Positions 56,269 to 64,000 of a stretch of 64,000 nucleotides of DNA are shown here, piece after piece. The DNA is taken from the NCBI GenBank assembly GCA_010093995.1, contig ML992510.1, positions 1,181,339 to 1,245,338 on the forward strand, written 5' to 3'. The position numbers and the translations under genes were made by a program. Source of the DNA: Elsinoe ampelina (lineage: Eukaryota). Positions within the stretch are counted from its first letter, which is position 1; the number at the start of each line of letters is the position of its first letter. Below the pieces are notes generated by a model. It ran no database searches. It was not told the origin of the DNA and saw nothing but the letters and a program-made list of their open reading frames with translations.

Positions 56269-59200
56269 AAGGAGAAATGTGGGAGAGATAGGGAGGTACA
56301 TGGTACATACCCCGCAAAAGAAATAGGGGAGGCTGGAGGGGCGACTCCAAAAACGTTGCAATGGCTACATCAAGCGTGGTTGGATGGATGGCAATTTCCT
56401 CTGATGTGACGAGGATAGCTTCGATGCATTGCATTGACCCACACATGTCAGCTAGGAAAGGAAACCCGAGATATAACGTCGTGTCCAGAGGATTTTCGTG
56501 GTTCGTGGATCGAAAGTGATTAATTTAACGAACGTGTTTGCGACGCAGATCAGTTGTGGCACCGACGAACTTCGGAGTATGGCTCTTCGTGGCCGCCACA
56601 AGCGCCGTGGTTCATGCGGGTTCGGAAGTGTGATCAACTAGGTTGACATCCGACCAGGACGAAGGATGGAAAAGGTGGTGTGGAGCGGTCAAGGTATAGG
56701 GCGCCACCGGATTGGAAAACAGGCGGTGGACGAAAGGGCTGACAGTGGTACGAGGAAGATATGACGGTTCTGTCACTTGTCTAAAGAGCCTCATGAAGGT
56801 ACCTTGCAGTTAGTATCCCCCTAAACAGTAAGGCGAGATGTCGGGAGCCACGCGTGATCGCCACTCGGGCAATCTTCTGGAAAGGAAAATGCATGTCAGG
56901 AGTGGGAAGTTGACGTCGTGCCATCACTGTCTCGGATATCTCTCGCATGTCATTTGATACTATTCATATACAAACCCCGATCGGTGGAAGACACGTCTAG
57001 GGCTGGAAGCAATGGGGATCATGATTAAGACGAGATACGGTTCGTTGCCCGTCAATTGCAGGATTGGCACTGACACGAAGAAGCAGAAGAAGTAAAATAA
57101 TCAGCTTGCAAGGGCATGCACGTCATCAAAACGAGCGACAAGAGTCAAGAGTCAGGGACCAGGACCCAGGTCGGGTCGCTCTGGCTAAATTAGCGACACA
57201 TGGAATAGATCGACGAATGACGATAGGCTTGCAACCGAGCCAGCAACATCAACGTGGCATGGGATCGAGGTCTCGTATCATCACTCATCAACAGAGATGC
57301 ATCGGAATCTCAAACAGTGTTTCTCGTTTCCACTCTCACTCAACGAGCATGGCTCGGCACCTGCTGTATAAGGGTCGTTGACGTCTACCAGTGATTAGTA
57401 TTCTAAGCATTGACGATTGACGGAGTTCAGGACCGTTGGGAAGCTCTGGTGGGCACGTTTCAACTCTGGCCGCGCAGCAGTGTATAGCCTTAGGCTCTAC
57501 GTTTTACGTACAAGTGGCGGCTACACCAGACCCAGAGCGGCAGTTGACCGGGAATGCTCGCGTGCCTGGCTCAAGGTTGTGGATCCTGTATTTGGGCATC
57601 GCACTACTGGACAATCATCATGGGCGGTGAAGATCGGTGCCCTGGAGAACGTCTGGAGACTCGCGAGTCGCAGACACATGTTCAGCCGCAAATGACGGGA
57701 GGCTGCAGTTGCTGAGCAATTCCGAGCGTACATGGCAGGAAATCACCACGATAACAGGCACTGTACATGGTACAAGCAGGGCGGAAGGATCAATAAACTG
57801 GACCCGTCGAGGTGAACGCAGGCCGATCCGCCAACGGGACAAGACATGCGACGAATCTGGCGCCGGCCCTCCAGGGTCCAAAATGTTTTTTAATTGCAAG
57901 CAGGACAGCGCGGTGAACAGTGCGAGACCCGGTGTTCAGCAAATTGCGTCTGCTTCTCTGACACGAGTCAACCCTTTGGTCCGCCAGCCTTGTGAGTTTT
58001 CCCTCGGCCTTCGATTCAATCTTCCAGAAGGCTGTCTGGCCCCCAGGGCGGGTTAGTGGTTCCACCCGCAAGATCGGGCAGGTGGTGTGCAACAGCTCTG
58101 TGCCAACGTGGGATCTGAGGCCGTGGCTGTGACATGGGCGCGACGCGTTTGACAACGACGCCGAGGAGAGTTGTACGAGGACGTGTCGGTTACGACAAAC
58201 GTCGTGTCGCGGCCGAAGTCATCCGTGAGCAAAAAAGGATGGGCGACGACATGCAGGGTGAGCAGTAATGAGAATGTGATGAGACGTGTGATAGGTCGGA
58301 AGCAGAGGAAAAAACAATATCCAACCTGGAGTTACACCAAGAGTCATAGGGCAGGCAAGGAGCCTTGGGTACAGGGTACAGGCTGCAGCGGTGATTCACA
58401 CGCAGACTCCAGGCATTGCTGGAGCGTGGGCGGGAAGTGTTCAACGTGCTTCCCCGGTCACAGAGACTCATGCAGGGCGCGAAGCAAAAAAGTGGCATGG
58501 TCGCACGTCGAACGGATACTGTATCCTTAAGCGAAGCGAGATGAAGCTGGACCAGTGGTTCACAACCACTGTCCATGACTGAGGGTCAGATAGGTTACGC
58601 CAGATGACGGCTTTATTTCTGGTTCCTGGTCGGCTTGGTCGAACGACGAGAAGGAAGTTACCGGGGGCGAGGAGGTGAACGGGTATAAGGCTTCTCATGG
58701 TGTGGCAGCACCTGTGGACTCTATTCATCCATGGTGCGGGCGTGTCTCGATGCTTGCTGCGATTGACTACATCCGTGGCCGCACTAACAGCTGCACCTAA
58801 GCAGATCCCGCCGATCTGTCTGATGTCTGCCGCGACACTGAACGCCTCCACGCGCCAGTCATTTGGATGCAATGCTCCGAGGATGGGATGCTGCAGAGAC
58901 ACGGCTGGACATGGTAATCCGGCCCCCACGAGAAGCTGCACATGCTCCAGAGAGAAATACGGATAGGCTTTTGCCGCTACCGTCCATGGCTCCAAAGCCA
59001 GTCGGGACAGTGGAAAGCATCAACGCCTGAGCCATATTTCAGATCCCGACGGTTCAGGCTGATGCTTGATCGCTGGGCGGTGACATGGACCTGTCGAGGA
59101 CCTGTCGAGGGTACAGGGTACACCAGGATACGGAGTAATTAGAGACGGGGTATAGATATTCATGAGACGCCTCTTAAGGACACGGGGACAAATCTTGCCT

Positions 59201-59399
59201 TGGTTTTCAACTCACTACTGCATCGTGCTACCGTATATTCCTCTTCGAATATTCAGCCTGTCGCCGACAGTCGCCTCCCCAAGCTACACCAACCAGCAAC
59301 CAGATCCTATCCCGACGGCTCTGAGCAGCCGCAACATCCGCCTCGGTGTTCAGTGCACAGTACTTTCGTACAGTACAGTACTCGACGTTCGGTCCAAAG

Positions 59400-59597
59400 G
59401 TATGTCAGCAGAACCGCCACCCGGTGCCAACTCTCACATGCTGTCCCCGAATCCCAACAAGTCAGTCATCAAAGCAGCAGCAATGAGATGCCGGCCAAGT
59501 CCGTGGGTCCGATGCTTTTGTTAACAAGAGAAGTGTCTCGCTCGAGTCTACCCTTCTCGTCGATTAGAGTTTGGTGCTAACGTCGCTTTACGTGTAG
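59400..59597 (+). other. Putative 5'-UTR intron of SFP1 (198 nt)
   Basis: AAAG|GTATGT donor at 59400, GCTAAC branch at 59576-59581 and TAG acceptor at 59595-59597. Confidence 0.6.
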
Positions 59598-60088
59598 CGT
59601 GCTGGATTACTGTGGATTTTACTCCACCGATACGTTTAGTATTCCTTGTGATTAATCCACCCTGACGTCTCGTCGTCTCGCCCAACTTTTGACCATCTCC
59701 AACTTATTCCGTACCAACCATTTGACGACTACCAACATACACAACCGCTATCCTGGCTTCACACGCGAGACACACTCCTCCCTCTCTCTACCACTCGCCA
59801 ATCGTCCGCGACCGCGAGTCCACCGCCTCGCCCATCTCCACACCGCCGCCGCCGCCGAGTCACGCCAGTCGCACCACTTCTTCGGCTACGAGGTCGACCT
59901 TTACCTACTCCAAGCCTCGTCCCTTTGACGAGCCATTCTTTGCAGAGGATACGCTCTTCGGAGCTGGAGGCACAGCCGAGGAACTCATCTTCCTAGACGA
60001 CGACGATTTTGACAACGAGGTAATTTCACATCCCCCTCCCGATTTCACTTCCGCCGCCGCCGCCGCCGCTGCTCCGTCTCTCCCAACC

Positions 60089-61751
60089 ATGGCCACTTCG
60101 GCTTCTCCGATCGATATCGCCACACCCAGGAATAGTCCTCCGGTCCCACAGACTTCCAATCTTACTTCACAAATACAAGCTGCAGCTGGAGCGCAGGATT
60201 ACCAGCAACACAACCAGGGCAGGAACAATTTCACCGACGCCAGAAGAGGGTCCGAGTTCAAGCCCGAGTCGATCGGCTACGCACACAACATGTCTTCGAG
60301 GGCGATACCGTTCAGCGAAAGACAGCGCAGGGGGAGCAATCAGCCAGGCAGTCTCCTCACAGGTATGAGCTGGGGTGGTATGTCTATTGGCAGCTTCATC
60401 CGCGATGAGTGAGTTTCACCTCCATCAACTTGTACCCCAACATCACTGACCACGTACAGTATCATGATGGGCACCTCCCCTTTCAACTTCCAGTCCCCTT
60501 CCTTCCACTCCTCGTCATATCTCCCCAAGATGGAGGCCAACTTCATGAGAGACTACGTTTGCTGTGGCATCACCCTTGACTCGATGCACGAGCTGTTGCA
60601 GCACTACGAGGAGGCACATGCGGGACAACCAAATCAGACCATGGGGCGCACACCAAGGGATCAGCAGTCATACAACGAGGCCCGTCCGCAAGACAATGCC
60701 AATGCCGCCGCTCTCATGCAGCAGCAACAGACGTCTCACAACACCGCTGCGGGTCAGGGTAACATTCAACTCAACGGCATGTCAAACCCCCTCCAGTCAG
60801 CACAGGACATGGATGACCTCGATGCCATGGAGATGGATGAGCCTGCACCAGCAGTCCAACCGCCTCAACACCAGTTCCAACCACAGCCCCAATTCGGCAA
60901 GCAGCAGCCCCGTGCTCCAGCCCTGAATACCGGTCTTGGGAGTGGCTTCCAGACTTCACAAATGTCCACACCTACCACACCACAACCGAACCAGTCCTTT
61001 GGCCTATCGAACAACCCTACCGTCTCATCGGTTAACACCCCCACTTTCGGCCAGACGATCATGGATAGCGTACCCACCTCCCCGTCCGACTTCAACGGTG
61101 TCGACACCCCGAGGGCGGCACAGGGTGAGGGCTTCGACTATTCTGGTCTCGGTATGACAGACCAATTTGGCACCATCGACGACCCGGCCAAGCGTCTCCT
61201 CAGCAAACAGGGCTTCGGCAATATCAACCAGATGCAGAACCAAAGTGACATTGCCAAGCGCATCAGGGAGTCGCAACTCTCGGCTGGCATGGACCCTGCC
61301 GCGTTCAACTTTGGCAGCGACGAGATCAAGCCGTTCAGGTGTCCCGTTATTGGCTGTGAAAAGGCATACAAGAACCAGAATGGTCTCAAGTACCACAAGC
61401 AGGTGAGTTGAAACACACTCCTCTTTCCACTACATAGCTAACATGCAATAGCACGGCCACCAGAACCAACAGCTCAAGGAGAACCCTGACGGCACTTTCT
61501 CTATCGTCGACCCTGCCACATCTATCCCTTACCCCGGCACGATTGGCATGGAGAAAGAGAAGCCATACCGCTGCGAGGTGTGCGGTAAGCGCTACAAGAA
61601 CCTCAACGGTCTCAAGTACCATCGTCAACACTCTCCTCCATGCAATCCGGACCTCAAGATCAATCCCGGCATGAACATGTCCAACAACCTCAACGGCATG
61701 AATGTCAACGTGGCTGGCGCAGGTCTTGTCAGCGACGGCATGGGCATGTAA
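60089..61751 (+). CDS. SFP1: Split C2H2 zinc-finger transcription factor Sfp1; introns 60409-60459, 61403-61451; possible CUG start at 59753
   Basis: GMSWGG.S.GS.IRD, YLPKMEANFMRDY.CC...L..MHELLQHYEE.H, KPFRCPVIGCEKAYKNQNGLKYH and KPYRCEVCGKRYKNLNGLKYH. Confidence 0.93.
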
Positions 61752-62613
61752 CACCACTCCAGCATCTTTCGGCGTCCTTTCCGCAACAACCAAAAAGTAT
61801 CTCCTTTTTCCAGCGACCCAACACCTTTCTTGTTTCTCTCGGTGTTAACCTCTGTGGGCACAACGGACACCTTCTCGACCACCCGAGAAGAAAAACCACG
61901 AGCCGGTATTCCTCGTGCCTTTTTTCTCTTAATGTATACATATAGATGGGGGTCTGGACTCACAGACTTTACTTTCCCCTCCAGCGACAGCGACGAACAC
62001 CAATCCGCACCAAACAATGGATGAAGCGACCACAATACGCACATTCACACAGCCATCGATCCCCGACTTGTCGCTTTTCATCAACAACGTTCGGTGCGGA
62101 CCTTAATTACGATACCCACATAGACTTTTCACTGGGAGGGATGCATACACCACTGCGAACACACCATTCTTGTACAATCTGGTTTTTTTTTCTCATTTCT
62201 GCTTTTCATGTGCGCCACTCGGCCGGAGAAGGATAACAGACCATCACTACCAAAGCTAGGGTGCAAGGTGTGTTGGTTCTGACCATGATATCCACCTGAC
62301 CAGCCACGGGGTCAAGGGCCACGTTATCCGCGGCCGACCGAGGGTGGGCACGTCGTTCCATCAGCACACTCAGAAGGCTGCAAGGAGTTTTCTGGGGCAA
62401 ACAGGAGTCTTGACGGTCGAGTCGTTTTCCAAAAGCTGCCCAAGTGGCCGGAGACGCAGTGCTCTCTCGCTAGCTAGCTAGATGCTTTAGTACCAAATGC
62501 CAGTCGTGAATAGCGAGCGCGATAGACTTTTTGTTTCTCACTCTCATCAATTCTCTTTCATACCCTCGTCCTATGTACAACCCCTGCCTCGCCTACCTCC
62601 CCTTGACAAAAGG

Positions 62614-63792
62614 CTAATGATTCCTCTCCACAATCTCCATGGCAAACCTCGCAAAGTCTTTTCCCTCTTCCACCTCCTCCCACAGATTCGGCTGCGTGAA
62701 CACGGCCAACGTATTCCTCGCCACCCTCGCCCCCGCTCCCCCGGCCCCCGCCTTGACCCCCCTCACGAAATGGGGCACCGCGCGGAACTTGCCCCTCGTG
62801 ATCACCTCCAGCGCCTCCCCCGTTTGGAACGCCAGACAGTCTCTCGGTATCGCGACCTTTGTGACGGCGCCGGAGCGGGAGTGGATGTACAGCCCTGCTT
62901 TGGGGTCGGGGGAGCGGTCGAGTTCGTCGAGGGGAGGGAGGAGGAGGGGAGAGGACGAGGAAGAGGAAGAGGTGGGGACGGGTAAGGGCGTGGCGGGGCA
63001 CGCCGATTCGTCGATGAACATGGCGCTGGTCAGGCCGGTGAGGCAGCCGTGGTCGAGGTGGGTGGCGCACCAGTCGTCTTGGTCTTCCGGGCCGGAGGTT
63101 GTGTCTGCTTCGGTTGAAGGGGCGGTGGGGTCGGGGAAGTAGTGCAGGAGTCGGGCCTTGGTGGAGACACTGGTGCGGACTACGTGTTCGAGGTAGCCGG
63201 GGCGGTAGTCGGGGATGTTGGCTTGCGCGTAGAGGTCGCATGCTTTGGCTACGAGGACGGCGGTGGAAATGATGAGGTCGCAGAGGGAGTGGAAGGTGGT
63301 GTGGAAGCCCGGGAGGACTGAGTCGGAGGGCCAGACGTTGGGGGCGGTGTACTCTGGGAGGGAAGGGTAGAGGGTGCGGGCTTTAGTGGAGAGGGCGTCC
63401 GAGGTCACAGGGGAGGCGTAGTATGAGCCTTTGAGGGTGTCGTAGCGACCATCTTTGAGTGTCTCTTTGCCGCATGACCAGCCGACGAGGTAATGCGAGG
63501 TCTCGTCTTCGAGTTTGGCTAGCTCGGCAGCAGGGAGATTGGCGAGGTAGGAGGAGTATGACAAGAGGCGTTTCCGGAGATCGATGAATTGAGGAGCGAG
63601 GTCTTTGACGACGATGATACCGAGTGAGTCTGGTCCAAAGGCTTCCTCGAGTTTGGTAAAAGGAACGGTGCCTGGCATGGTCAGTATCTGCTATATCATT
63701 GAAGATGATCACTTACCATCTTCCAACTCCTTTGAGCTCAAAGTGACAGGCGACTGCGGATGGTTCGCCGCGCCATTGATCTGTACAGCCAT
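62614..63792 (-). CDS. 2-oxoglutarate/Fe(II)-dependent dioxygenase (IPNS-like); intron 63716-63672
   Basis: AFGPDSLGII.V, GWSCGKE, KARLLHYFP, H-x-D (THLDHG), distal His (AVPHFV) and R-x-T (RNTLAVF). Confidence 0.88.
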
Positions 63793-64000
63793 TTCTAATA
63801 TCGTCCTTGACGTGGTATTTTCCTCAGACACTTCTGGCTACATACACTCACTTTCAGACCGGATAGAAGAAGATCAAGTCCACAATCAGAAACCCAGATT
63901 CTCTCCTCTCCCCCATCTCCGTCCCCTCCAAACCTCTCCCCGCCATCACTTTTCTCCTCTCATCGGATCTCGCCGACCTCCTCCCACCACACCTTCCGCA

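Noticed and set aside
56300..59150. Short ORFs in the 3-kb region upstream of SFP1 (similarly 15400-18000, 22100-24200, 34000-36700)
   Set aside because: No codon bias, motifs, tRNA cloverleaf, terminal repeats or RIP-like AT-rich signature. Treated as intergenic or regulatory.

Overview
This is a gene-dense window from a filamentous ascomycete (Pezizomycotina, Dothideomycete-like). Evidence is the short GT-AG introns with CTRAC branch sites and the eukaryotic gene set. About 26 protein-coding genes are supportable. Housekeeping genes: IDH1, SVP26/TEX261-like, APE2, MDM12, RPS5, MSS51, RSE1, CSN5, BAP31/YET, DUS3 and SFP1. Metabolic and accessory genes: long-chain alcohol oxidase, HSL-type esterase, MFS transporter, lipoxygenase and a 2OG-Fe(II) oxygenase. 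Others: FYVE, IMPACT-like, Hsp20 and SRA/YDG proteins, plus two microproteins. I could not support any tRNA, rRNA, transposon or CRISPR. The most interesting observations are: (1) an AUG-free leader with a 112-codon in-frame extension of SFP1 that starts at a CUG in ideal Kozak context; (2) a Kex2/Ste13-type alpha-pheromone-like precursor whose 6 peptides are Arg-rich and cysteine-free, with MAT1-1-1-type boxes upstream; (3) a long, self-complementary last intron in DUS3; (4) an MFS gene with no in-frame AUG before TM1; (5) a Cys-rich microprotein with a splice donor overlapping its stop codon. All gene models were built by eye and none was checked against a database.
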